From contig OX597829.1 in assembly GCA_951406725.2 (NCBI GenBank), positions 18,042,001 to 18,106,000 on the forward strand: a stretch of 64,000 nt of DNA, written 5' to 3'. The stretch comes from Octopus vulgaris. Lineage: Eukaryota. The position numbers and the translations under genes were made by a program. The notes beneath the pieces are model-generated. The model did no database searches. It was not told the origin of the DNA and saw nothing but the letters and a program-made list of their open reading frames with translations. This document shows, in pieces, positions 28,531 through 43,391 of the stretch; position 1 is the stretch's first letter; the number at the start of each line of letters is the position of its first letter.

Positions 28531-28660
28531 TTAGAATTTTCTCAATAAAGACAAGAGAAAAAGATGTTTTATAAACACATTCAACCAGTATACGAAGTTT
28601 AAACTTTTTTAGTTACCTAGAAATTATGTTAAAAATTGCCGTTCAAACCGAAAAAGATCC
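28531..28660 (+). mobile_element. MITE M1 right-end fragment
   Basis: tagaattttctcaataaag..gccgttcaaaccgaaaaagatcc. Confidence 0.85.
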
Positions 28661-29047
28661 CACAAGTTAAAATTGATGATTTGTTGCATTCTCCAAAATT
28701 GACACACCAATGAGAAAACGGCGACATGATATATACAAGCTATGTTGATATCATTCAATTATGTACAGATGTCTCAAAACCTCATATTGCACGTAACGTT
28801 TCTTTCAAAAGTCCTTGACTGACTAATCAATGACTAAGTTTGCTTGAGATGACGCAGATACCATCATTTACATGTTATGAACGTGTGTATGTGTGTGTGT
28901 TTGGGTTTTTTTAGGGAGTGTTTCTTCATATCTGTATGAATGTTTCTTTGTTTTACTTTTTCCAGTGGGGAAAGATTTCCTTTCTAATCTAGAAATAAGA
29001 AACTTTCATAGCAGTTGAGACTGCGTCAGACTGAGTAGTTTGGTATA

Positions 29048-29422
29048 TCTTTATATATAAAAGAGAGGTTGTGTGTCTGTCTCCTACGATTTAGATTCCT
29101 AACTACTCCCACATTTTGCGGTGCAGTTTAACCAAAACCGGGTATCTTATAGTCGTGATTCATATCGAGCCCTTCTGGGTATTAGCGCGCGTCTACGATG
29201 AGTCTACGATTTAAAAAAAATTTACCATCATTTTTTTCGCTATTATATAAAGGAAGTAACTCTCTAAAAATGTCTACGATCAGTCAACGATTTTTAAAAA
29301 ATTTACCATCATTTTTTTTTCATTTTTAATACATTTTTTGCTATTTTTTGGCCATAACTCTCTAAAAATGCTTATATAGTTATTTCCCTTACAAACCCGA
29401 GCAACGCCGGGCGATATTGCTA

Positions 29423-29423
<1 letters not shown>
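29048..29423 (+). mobile_element. Non-autonomous Helitron (family H1)
   Basis: 5' TC(tttatatataaaa), 3' hairpin cccgagcaacgccggg followed by CTAG; inserted between A and T, no TSD. Confidence 0.85.
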
Positions 29424-29477
<54 letters not shown>

Positions 29478-29550
29478 AGAATATACATGTATGTATGTAA
29501 TTATGAATGTATGTATGTGTGTGTATGTATTATGCATGTATGCATATATA

Positions 29551-29728
29551 AGGCGGCGAGCTGGCAGAAACGTTCAAATTCCGCCGAGGTCGACTTTACC
29601 TCTCATCCTTTTGGGGTCGATAAATTAAGTACCAGTTACGCACTGGGGTCGATGTAATCGACTTAATTCGTTTGTCTGTCCTTGCTTGTCCTCTCTGTGT
29701 TTAGCCCCTTGTGGGTAGTAAAGAAATA
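29551..29728 (+). mobile_element. SINE family A (internal deletion)
   Basis: aggcggcgagctggcagaaacg..gtgggtagtaaagaaata. Confidence 0.85.
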
Positions 29729-29939
29729 TATATGTATGTGTGCGTGTATAGGCATGCATATATGTATGCTTGTATGCATGAGCTGCAAGCACGTATGTAC
29801 GACATGTATGCATGTAAGAGAGTGTACGTGTGTATGTGTGTGTATATGCGTGTGCGTGCGCATGCGTGTCTGTGTTTGCGTGTATGCATACGCGTGTGTA
29901 TACATGTATACATCGATACACTCATGGATGTTATTGCAT

Positions 29940-30225
29940 ACATAGACCTTATCACATATGAATGATTTACGATGTTTTACATACTTTTAACTATTTTGTA
30001 CATGTAACATTCTGATTACGGCCGTATTCTTCTTCGTTTTCTGATTCCCAGATTCTTGTGATTCCCACTTTCTGAACGTTAGTACTTTGGCAGTTGTCCT
30101 TATGTCAAAATGCTCCAATAAATATAGGTTGGAATCTAAATCTATAGTCCAGATTCTTCATCAGTTTGGTATAGGTGTTCTAATTTTTTCTAGTCTTTAA
30201 CGCTTGCTGACATCAGCTGGGCATA
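29940..30225 (-). mobile_element. Decayed RLE-domain non-LTR fragment
   Basis: CPADVS..YRFRFQPIFIGA resembles the peptide at 39180-39400. Confidence 0.5.
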
Positions 30226-30422
30226 TATGTACGTATGCATGTATGTATGTGTGTATATTTGTATTCATGTAAGTATGCATGCATATATGTACGTATGTAC
30301 ATACGTATGTATGTATGTATGTATGTATGTATGTATGTATGTATGTACGTATGTACATACGTATGTATGTATGTATGTATGTATGTATGTATGTATGTAT
30401 GTATGTATGTATGTATGTATGC

Positions 30423-30660
30423 AAAGCGGTGAGCTGACTGAAACGTTAGCACGCCGGGCGAAATGCGTAGCCGTATTTCGTCTGCCGTTACGTTCTGAGT
30501 TCAAATTCCGCCAAGGTCGACTTTGTCTTTCATCCTTTCGGGTACGATAAATTAAGTACCTGTTACGCACTAGGGTTGATGTAATCGACTTAATCCGTGT
30601 GTCTGTCCTTGTTTGTCCCCTCTGTGTTTAGCCCCTTGTGGGTAGTAAAGAAATAGGTAT
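30423..30660 (+). mobile_element. SINE family A
   Basis: Full monomer. Confidence 0.9.
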
Positions 30661-30689
30661 GTATGCTTGCATGCAATGTTTGTATGTAC

Positions 30690-31352
30690 GTCATTGTTCA
30701 GTTTTATTCAAAAATTTCTTTCCAATAGAGAAGGAGCCGGTTTCTAGCCTAGATCCAAAGCTCCTTCATTGGAATTTCAACATCAACAACAAAGTATTTT
30801 TGTTTCTTTGTATGTATGTATATGTGTAGATTTGTATGTTTTGTTTTATTATGTATTCTCGTGCATAGAATTGTATATCTAGACATGCTCATATTTACTT
30901 AAATGATAAACTTCTGGATAATTTTACAGATTTATGCATGTGTGTGCATGTATGTATGTATGTCATTATTCAGTTTATTTCAAGATGTCTTACCAACAGA
31001 GAAAGAATGGGTTTCTAATCTAGATCCAAAGCTCCCTCATTGGAATTTCAACATCAACAACAGGGTATTTTTGTTTGTTTGTAAGTATGTGTATGTATGT
31101 ATGTATGTATGTATGTATGTATGTATGTATGTATGTATGTATGTGTGTGTATGTATGTATGTATGTATGTATGTATGTATGTATGTATGTATGTATGTAT
31201 GTATGTATGTATGTATGTATGTATGTATGTGCAGATTTGTGTTTTATGTATGTATTCTGATGCATATTGTTGCATATCTAGACATGCTTGTATATATTTA
31301 AATGATAAAATTCTGAAAAAGTTTTACAGAGTTTTACACTTCCAGTGATGGG
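30690..31352 (-). mobile_element. Two tandem 3' ends of an RLE-type non-LTR family (R3) with an internal (CATA)n
   Basis: cattattcagtttatttcaaga..tggaatttcaacatcaacaac.. at 30690 and 30964; homologous to 39016-39400 and 60473-60600. Confidence 0.75.
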
Positions 31353-31570
31353 AGAGAAAGGCCTTCAGGCCATCCGACATTGGGCAGATTGAAGTCTCCC
31401 ATAAGAAGTACACTTATGTGTTGTTCTAATGTAACTTGAACTTCTAAGGCAGTCTTCGAATCTGTCTGCATGATTCGGAGCATCTGGAGGGCGATATGTA
31501 GCACATATAACTACATCGAGTTGTCTTATATGTACAATTAGTGTGTCACATACTGAATTTGAGTATGTAT
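31353..31570 (-). mobile_element. LINE APE-endonuclease fragment
   Basis: VICATYRPPDA..VLLMGDFNLPNVGW, with one frameshift. Confidence 0.75.
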
Positions 31571-31641
31571 AGATATATATAGTGAGGGTAACTTTCTAGG
31601 TGCAATCCCATGGTCTGTGTCGTGACCGAAGGGGGTTTCAG

Positions 31642-31673
<32 letters not shown>

Positions 31674-31734
31674 TACACACACACACCACAAACAAACTTA
31701 TATATATATATATATTTGTTTGTTTGTTTGTGTG

Positions 31735-31798
<64 letters not shown>

Positions 31799-31803
<5 letters not shown>

Positions 31804-32121
31804 CCCCCTTCGGTCACGACACAGACCATGGGATTGCACCTAGAAAGTTACTTTCCGAAGCACAAGTCTGGACAAGGTTTTTTATGGAAGACCAGCAGTC
31901 GCCCATGCATGCCGGTGTCCCCTCTCCTTGCCACCGGTGTTATCCAAGGCAAAGGGTAATACAGCTTGGCACCTGTGACGTCGCAACTCATTTCTACAGC
32001 TGAGTGAACTGGAGCAACGTGAAATAAAGTGTCTTTCTCAAGAACACAACACGCAACCCGGTCCGGGATTCGACCTCACAACCTTACGATCGACGCTCTA
32101 ACCACTGAGCCATGCGCCTTC
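31799..32121 (-). mobile_element. tRNA-headed SINE family E (Meta/V-like domain)
   Basis: gaaggcgcatggctcagtggttagagcg..cttgagaaagacacttt..ctccagttcactcagctgtagaaatgagt; a head fragment also lies at 43421-43481 and a tail fragment at 31588-31640. Confidence 0.8.
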
Positions 32122-32205
<84 letters not shown>

Positions 32206-32569
32206 TATAATTATAATAAGGGCAACTACTGGGTAGCTCCAGATGCTAGAAATAGGCGCTAAATGACTCTAAAACTACTTCATTTATCACATAGACACGA
32301 GCTGAAGGTGAAGGAATGAACAAAAAAGATTTTTAAAAAGGTTTAGTCATAGATAGATTTCTAGCTTAGGAGTGTAATACCCGTTACCGTCCTCAGTATG
32401 ACATAACCCAAAGTACATAATTATAAATACTTATGCATAGCACACGAAGACAATGTATCCACAGTGCATATACAAATGTATATTATATTAATAATGTTTA
32501 TTTTTATGTTTTGGTTTATGTTTTTCATTGTTTGATTTGCCTGATAGTGGTTTTATCTCTAATTTAATT

Positions 32570-32618
<49 letters not shown>

Positions 32619-32757
32619 ATATGTGTGTGTGTATATATATATATATGGTGTGTGTATATATATATATATGTGTGTATATATATATACATGTGTGTATATA
32701 TGTGTGTGTGTATTATATATATGTGTGTGTATATATATATATGTGTGTGTGTGTGTA

Positions 32758-32801
<44 letters not shown>

Positions 32802-33032
32802 TACATACGCGACCGCACGCATCAGACAAGAAAACAAACATACATACACATATACTTACAAAAACACATACATATATATATGCGCGTATGTGTATATGTA
32901 TATATACACGTGCACATTTATATTATGTATGTATGTATGCGTGTGTGTGTGTGTATGTGTTGATGTGTGTGTGTGTGTATCTGTGTGTCTGTGTGTGTGT
33001 GTGTCTGTCTGTGTGTGTGTGTGTGTGTCTGT

Positions 33033-33075
<43 letters not shown>

Positions 33076-33564
33076 GATCACGAGGGGAGAAGGAAGTAGA
33101 GTTGTCACTCAGACCTGAAAGTAATAAAAAGAAAACAAACAAAAATTTTAAAAGAAACTTCATTAAAACTATTTGCAACACATGCAAATGTTTATGTATG
33201 GTCTCCAGCATTTCCTAATGCATGCATCGCTCGTTTCTTTAGCATGAGCTAAGTTTCAATTTTCAATTATAATTTCATTTTTTCCTGTTAAATTAACATC
33301 TCTTTCCGCTCTTTTATGGAAAATTGTAATTTACATTTTAAGAAATAAACCTTATCTTAGCATATTAGCATTTCTTGTGAAAATTAGCATATTAGCGAGC
33401 GCCGTTTAGTTTTGTTAGCCAAATACTTTTTTAAACGGCAGTTTTAAGAAAAGGCAGAAGGGCAAGTCAATAAATTAATGCTAATTTTCTACAACCGGAT
33501 ACAAATATTTTAACATTCAATTAGAAAGCAATGGAATACACACACACATACACACACACACACA

Positions 33565-33645
<81 letters not shown>

Positions 33646-34639
33646 GGGTGTTTGGAAAGCTTTTAATTCTAAAATATTTAAAATATTTTAATTTAGATTC
33701 CTAAAATCGCAATGAATAATAATTTGCAGAGTGGCATCGTAAAGCGACAGCTCAAAAACAACCGACAGGCCAATGCGTTGAACGGTGTCCTATTAGAAAT
33801 AGTAGCCAGATCCTTCTTCAGTAACACAATCTGCCATATTGAAAAAAGGATAGTAACGTTGGCTGTATCTCCATATCGATTTCAGCAATTAGCATTCAGT
33901 TACATTTAACTCATTAACTCATTAAATTAACGTGACTCAGATTAATATGATTCTTCCCCATTCTGCTACTAGTTACAGTAGACGCCTGCCAGTATGGTGT
34001 ATGGTGCCAATCAAATCTGGTTTGAATTTCTTGAATTCATTGGGCATACCATCCAAACCGGGCGATTTGTGACTTGTACAAACGTTTCAGTGGCCGGTAT
34101 CGGCTTTTCGTACAACCTCGCGTCCACTGTCACTGGCCGCTGCAGACTGTCCAAGTACGAACTAAAATCCACTACCATCACCGCCACATTCGCTTTCCTC
34201 AAATAATCGCTGCTGGAAAGATGCACACATTTGCTCGGAACTGAGTGGCACGCGCCCGTTCCAGTCCGTCCAACACTGATCGTGGTTTTGTTGCCCATGC
34301 CATGCCATACCTCTATAGTTCAGACTCATCAGACGCTTTAGTTGCCGCGTGGTTTGAGTGTTTCGTAACTTATTGAAATCGTGCAGATACAGGAAGTACA
34401 ACGCTATCTACATAAATTCTGTCATGAATAAGACTAATCTTAAGTCAAAATGATGATCATAATGACGACGACGACGACAATAACCACAATAACAACAACA
34501 ACAATCACAACTATACTAATAATAATAACAACAACAACAATAACAATAATAACAATAACAATAACAATAATAACAATAACAATAATAATAACAATAGTTA
34601 TAATAATAATAATAACAATAATAATAACAATAATAATAA

Positions 34640-36566
<1,927 letters not shown>

Positions 36567-36947
36567 CCTTTCTAATGGAAGCAAAAGGCTTCAAATTTGT
36601 GAGGAGGGGACTATTCGATTACATCGATTCCAGCTCTGCTTTGTGACAAAAGTATGAAGAAAGTGTGAGAGAAAGTTGTGGTCAAAGAGTACACCCCCTC
36701 CCACACACACACACCGTAGCCTCGTGGAGCGTATGCTGCTGCTGTTGCTGCTGCTGCTATTGTTGCTGTAGTCGTCGTCGTCATAATCGTTACTGCCAGT
36801 ACTTTTGCACTTTTTACTGTCGTCGTGGAAACTAGAGGAAATTATATTTCTCTTTGGCGAGAAATTCATTTCAACTTCGTCTGCGCTTGTTTTCGGACTT
36901 TCGACCGAACGCTGCTCTTGTTCCATTATTATATATTTACCCTACAA

Positions 36948-37348
36948 GGCGGCGAGCTGGCAGAATCGTTAGCACGCTGGGCGAATTGCTTGGTGGTATT
37001 TCGTCTGCCGCTACGTTCTGAGTTCAAATTCCGCCGATGTCGACTTTGCGTTTCATCCTTTCGGGATCGATTAAATAAGTACCAGTTACGAACTGGGGTC
37101 GGTATAATCGACTTAATCCCTTTGTCTGTCCTGGTTTGTCCCCTCTGTGTTTAGCCCCTGTGGGTAGTAAAGAAATAGGTATTTTCTCTGCCTTTACGTT
37201 CTGACTTCAAATTCCGCCGAGGTCGACTTTGCATTTCATCCTTTTCGGGTCGATGAATTAAGTACCAGTTGCATATTGGAGTCGATCTAATCGACTGGCC
37301 CCCTTCCCAAAAATTTCGGGCCTTGTGCCTAGAGTAGAAGGGATTATT
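36948..37348 (+). mobile_element. SINE family A dimer
   Basis: One head plus one unit, junction aaataggtattt near 37175, then a second unit with a different tail. Confidence 0.88.
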
Positions 37349-37613
37349 TTCTTCCTATTCCGACATTTTTTTAAAACTGGAAAAAATGAATAAACTCCTG
37401 TCTTCACAAAAAAGGCAAAAACGCAAAGCAATTATTAAACACCCCAAAAGTTAGTGGAATTACACAAAATGTTACCATCACGATCCAGACAATGCAAGCG
37501 AAATACTTGTTAGATAAAATTTTGAATGAATGGGCTTCAACCAGTCGAAATGCTTGATTGAACACTTATAATTTACGGCGCTCCAACACGTATGACTTTA
37601 CAGGCTGAGGGTC

Positions 37614-37692
<79 letters not shown>

Positions 37693-37694
<2 letters not shown>

Positions 37695-38232
37695 GCCCTG
37701 ATGCAGTACCAGGCAGTGGCTCTCATGGCTTCTGATCTTAACTGATTGGAAGTGTTATCATGTACATTGTTTTGTCTTGGTATAAAAGATGGGCTACAGC
37801 AAATATTCTGCTCAATACCACAGATTTGCTTGTCAGTTGTTTGACCTTAACCAGTTGAGCATGTCCCTTAGTGGCTGACGATATGTGCATCTCTGAACAT
37901 GAGCAGAAGTAGTGGGGGAGCATCATAGCCATGTGTTGAGAGGGATTCTTTGGGGTTTGAATAATTCACCTCTGGAAACATGGGTGTTCGTTCAACGTCC
38001 TTAAACAACCCTTATTCAGGGACCTTTTGAGCGGGATGGGTTACTCGATCTGAAGAAAATTCTAACTGGGCTCCACCTGCAAGGTCATGTGCTGTTTATC
38101 TTGATATGAGATCACCATGTCGCGCACATATGGTTGTGATGCATGTGCCTGGTGTACCCTAATCAGACGGGTAGTCATGATGGGTATATTGGGCTTCGTA
38201 TATTTTACCCCAGTGTCACTTTGATGTCACTC
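37693..38232 (+). mobile_element. Non-coding ~540-bp element (family D) inserted in (TAA)n
   Basis: (TAA)n on both sides; second copy in reverse at 49475-50031; no TIR and no tRNA head seen; orientation inferred from the Dong target strand. Confidence 0.8.
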
Positions 38233-38339
38233 AATAATAATAATAATAATGATATGCTAGTCACTGTAGTGTACGTCGTTACATATATATAGATAGAGAG
38301 AAAAATGGAGAGAAAGTGTGAGAGAGAGGGAGAGCGAAT

Positions 38340-38426
<87 letters not shown>

Positions 38427-38490
38427 GTGTATACATATATATATATATATATATACATGTGTATACATATATATATATATTAATATATAC

Positions 38491-38537
<47 letters not shown>

Positions 38538-38574
38538 TACATGTGTATACACATATATATATATTTATATATAC

Positions 38575-38661
<87 letters not shown>

Positions 38662-38865
38662 TCTGTGTCTGTCTCTCTACGTGTGTGTGTGTAAATATGC
38701 ATACATACATATTACTCACCGTATATGTAATACTTTAGTTGCCATGTGTCGTCAAGTATCTCATCTCAAATTTCTAAGCCAATCGAAGTCAATCTGACAA
38801 AGCTCCTTCCTGACAAGTTCCTTTATCATTCATAAAGCAAATATTCCTGACATGACACTGGGAAG

Positions 38866-38969
<104 letters not shown>

Positions 38970-39015
38970 TGTGTGTCTGTGTCTGTGTGTGTGTCCCCGT
39001 GTGTCTGTGAACGTC

Positions 39016-39402
39016 ATTATTCAGTTTATATCAAGATTTCTTGGCAATAGAGAAAGAACCGGTTTCCAACCTAGATCCATCTACAACAGGGTATTTTTGT
39101 TTGTATGTATGTATGTATGCAAATTTGTATGTATTCTCATACATATAGTTACATATCTAGACATGCCCATATATACTTAAATGATAAACATCCAGAATGT
39201 TTTACAGACTTTTACAGTTCCTGTGATGGATTGGATCTGTAGTCATCGAATTAGCTTTCTCCTTTCTGGTTTTGAGAAGACTAATTTCTCAAGATTGATT
39301 TTTAGGCAGTGTGTTACATATCCCAGGACCCCAATAATTACAGGTATAAACCTGAACTTGTAATCTGGATAGAGTAACTGCAGATTTCTCAATAGTTCAG
39401 CA
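39016..39402 (-). mobile_element. 3' end of RLE-type non-LTR family R3
   Basis: LLRNLQLLYPDYKFRFIPVIIGVLG..GTVKVCKTF then a 3' UTR; IPVIIGxLG is the RLE C-terminal motif. Confidence 0.75.
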
Positions 39403-39467
39403 TGTATGTATGTATGTATGCATGCATATATGAATAAATGTACGTCTTATGTATGTACGTACGTAAG

Positions 39468-39505
<38 letters not shown>

Positions 39506-39754
39506 TGGATCCGGTGATGCAGACAGGAAATTGTAATACAAAACATGAGTGTATATATATATTTTTTTATTATTAATAACTGGCAGAAGTTATAGGATGA
39601 CTCAGGGGTAGGGAGTTTCCTTCATTACCACTTATCAACGAGAAATGTATATGTATGAAATTCTCCGCTTTTGAGTCATTCTCTTCTGACAATTTTTCAT
39701 AATAAAACTATATATATATATATGTGTGTATGTGTGTGTGTGTGTGTGTATTAG

Positions 39755-39859
39755 ACGCAGGAGTGGCCCCTTGGGCAAATGTCTTCTACAATAGCTTCGG
39801 GCCAACCAAAGCCTTGTAAGTGAACTTAGACGGATACTGAAAGAAGCCCGTCGTGTGTG

Positions 39860-39927
<68 letters not shown>

Positions 39928-40256
39928 TACATACATACATACATATATATATATACATACATACATATATATACGAGGGGTGTATGAAAAGTCTTGAGCC
40001 TCAAAACCATAAAACATGGTACAAGACTTCAGGCTCGAAGGCCTTGAAGGCTTTTCATACACCTCCTCGTATATCTTGTGTGTGTGTACGCGCACATTTC
40101 TGTATGTGTGTGCGCGCGTGCGTGTGTGTGTCTGTCTGTTTGTCTGTCTGTGTGTCTATGTTTGTCCTCCACCACCGCTTGACAATCATTGTTACGTTCC
40201 CGTAATGTGGTGGTTCGGCCAAAAAAAAGATAGATTGAAAAAGAATTAGGCTTAAG
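39755..40256 (+). mobile_element. SINE family B with an expanded internal microsatellite
   Basis: 5' half at 39755-39853, 3' half at 40130-40256. Confidence 0.7.
39974..40069. mobile_element. 96-bp mariner-type MITE
   Basis: TIRs cgaggggtgtatgaaaag / cttttcatacacctcctcg, TA flanks. Confidence 0.85.
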
Positions 40257-40704
40257 AAATAATATATTTATATACCTATATCAATATAATTGTTTTTAAA
40301 TATGTATGTATCTGATGCGTACGCACGTCTACGTGTCTATATTTAGATATGTGTGTACATATACATGAACGCGCGCGCGTGTGAGTTTGCGTGTATGTGT
40401 GAGTCTAACTTTGTTGCAGTGCTATATGCTTTTTTCAGAATCTTCTGGGTAATGATTCGTACTATTTCATACACTCATGATATAATGGGTTTTATTACAT
40501 AATATACAGAATTATGGCATGTCTTGGCTCTCCGAAACAGCTGTTAAGATAAGTTTACTACATTATTTTTTTTTTGTATATTTATATATTTGCATATGTG
40601 TAATTCATGTAAACATAATCATTGGGCCTAATTCTGTATATTTGCCTGTTTACTTTTCTATCCCACGCTCTCTCTCTCTCTCTATCTATCTATCTCTCTC
40701 CGTC

Positions 40705-41412
40705 TGAGTATAGCGTGTGATTGTCGCATTGACCATGACAGAAAAAGTTGTCATGGTGATACCTGTGCAGAAGCCTACGCAGAAAGTGTATGGAGAGGAG
40801 TGTAAGAGCCGCACACAAATTTACGAGTGGTTCTGACGTTTCCAAGATGGCCGAAAAAATGTCGATAGTCGTAGTCCCGCAAACAGTAGAACTGAAAAGA
40901 AACATCGCAGATGTACGTGCTGTTGTGGGGATAAAATCGTCGAATCGCCATCCATGTGTTATCAGAGGACATGCAGATTAGTTACAGTTCAGTTCAATCC
41001 ATTATCACTGAAGATTTGGGTATGAGATGCGTGTCTGTCAAGTTTGTGCCAAAATTGCTTTCAGCTGACCAAAAAGACACTCGGGTTTCAGGTGCGCACG
41101 ATCTTTTTGATTGTGACAAGAACGATGAAAGCATCTTGAAAACTTTGCGTAGGCCTCTGAGCAGGTATCGCCAAGCTTTTGGCAAAATTTGATGCAGACT
41201 TTCTGCTTAACTTTCTCATGGTCAATGCGACTATCACACGCTACACACCTTCCTTCCAAGTACTGCTGTAAGCAGTAGAAGTGAGCTAGAACGCTGAAAC
41301 ATAGTCTGCATGCACAACAGAGCTCAAGGTCAATCTGTGTCAGGCAGTTGCACTCTACATGCTTTAGCTTCGTTACTATGGCAATAGTCTGCATACTTAT
41401 TGATCAGACCAC

Positions 41413-41413
<1 letters not shown>
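40705..41413. mobile_element. Mariner derivative made of two convergent 5' portions
   Basis: Plus strand: IYEWF*RFQDGR..SVQSIITEDLGMRCVSVKFVPKLL. Minus strand: QKVCIKFCQKLGDTCSEAYAK with TIR-like cgtggtctgatcaataagt. Confidence 0.75.
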
Positions 41414-41466
<53 letters not shown>

Positions 41467-41471
41467 GTATA

Positions 41472-41630
41472 AGGCGAGCTGGCAGAATCGTATCACGCCG
41501 GGCGAAATGCGTATCCGTATTTCGTCTGCCGTTGCGTTCTGAGTTCAAATTCCGCCGAGGTCGACTTAATCCGTTTCTCTGTTCTTGTTTGTACCCTCTA
41601 TGTTTAGCCTCTTGTGGGTAATAAAGAAAC
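41472..41630 (+). mobile_element. SINE family A (internal deletion between the two gtcgactt-like sites)
   Basis: aggcgagctggcagaatcg..gtgggtaataaagaaa. Confidence 0.85.
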
Positions 41631-42006
41631 ATATATATATATATATAATCTTTATATATATTCTTTTATTCAGGAAGAAAGAAAGTGTCCATGCCATGTT
41701 TCGAGGCCTCAGAGAGCTATGGGAAGAAGATAGGAAGTTGTACATGAAACAGAGATCTGAACCAAAAGATTGCAAACTAGTGGATTCCACCAAAGGTATT
41801 GCAGGTGCCAAACGATGGCGCTAAACCAGCGACAAATTAACACCACCACTTGTCAGATTTGAACTCAGAAGGCCAGTGTCAGATTTGAACTCTGAAGCTC
41901 TTAAGCTTCTGTCAATTATATATACATTTGCTGGTGTAAACAGGAAATTAGGACTCAAAATATGAGTGTGTGTTATGTATGTGTGTATATATATACATTC
42001 ATATAA

Positions 42007-42074
<68 letters not shown>

Positions 42075-42329
42075 GTGTGTGTGTGTGTGTGTCTTTGTGA
42101 GGGTGTGTGTATGCGTATATACATACATATCATATACAAGTGTATGTAATACGTGTGTTACACGCTTAGACACACAAGCACACACCCTGAACATACGCAT
42201 GAATTGTGTGTGTGCATTGTACGATGACCAGTATTTATCTCATTTAATATCTTGGCGGTATTGTAGCAAAGGATGAATGAGTAGGTAATAAAACGTATAA
42301 AACAAACCAAAAATGCATATTAATTGAAA

Positions 42330-42391
<62 letters not shown>

Positions 42392-42434
42392 GCAACTATT
42401 ATTACTTGTAGTAGTAGTTGTAGTAGTAGTAGTT

Positions 42435-42515
<81 letters not shown>

Positions 42516-43331
42516 ATATTGCACTGAGTAACCCCCAGTGATTCATTCGATTTTATTGTTATAATTACTTCCACAATTTTGGGGGAAATTGTGTGGGATC
42601 ATAATTTAGTCACGCATAAAGGCAACAGACCAAAAAAGAAAGAAAATTATAATAAAAACCACTGTTGTCATACAAACACAATTAAGTGCGGTTGATACAA
42701 CTGTATTGTTGTTGTTGTTGCTGGTGGTGGTGGTCTTGTGTTGTTGTTTTTGTTTGCCTCAGGTCCTGTCTTCAACTGTGTTCCATTCGTGACCATTATT
42801 CCATTTTTGAAAAAGTTGCATTTCTTTACGAGTAGATTTACTAGATGTATAGCAGCTCATGTCGTTGAGAGAACATATGACCAAAGCATTTTCAACCATG
42901 ACCATCCTGTTTTTCTAAAATGTTCTTGATTATATTTAAATTTAATGCATCCATTCCTTATTTAAGACAAATGTTGGGTCTTTTGAAGGAGATATTAATT
43001 CTAACAAGGAGTTACCACATAGTGTTACCACAAAGAGTTAACGCATAATTCTAACGAGGGTTACCACATAGTGACTCTCTTAATCAACTCTTACAGTTGT
43101 TCTTCTTGTTGGTGCAGATGGCTTCTTAAAATGTGGAGAGGGTGGTGTTTTATTAATTCCTTATATATCTCGTGTGAATCACTCTTCAGGAGATTTCTGG
43201 TTTCTAAGTATTCGTTGCTGCTTTTCCTCTTTAAATGGTAAATCTCTAAAATGAATAAATAAATCTTTCATTCCCTCTTTGCACAGTAAACTCTTTACAT
43301 GAGTCTTCATTGAATTTCTTCATACACATAC

Positions 43332-43391
<60 letters not shown>

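Noticed and set aside
36591-36926. 111-aa minus-strand ORF (MEQEQRSVESPK...)
   Set aside because: Runs through trinucleotide and (TG)n repeats between transposons; no domain recognised
37693-37920. HDV-like ribozyme at the 5' end of family D
   Set aside because: I could not assign P1/P2/P3/L3 pairings by eye; left as a test rather than a call
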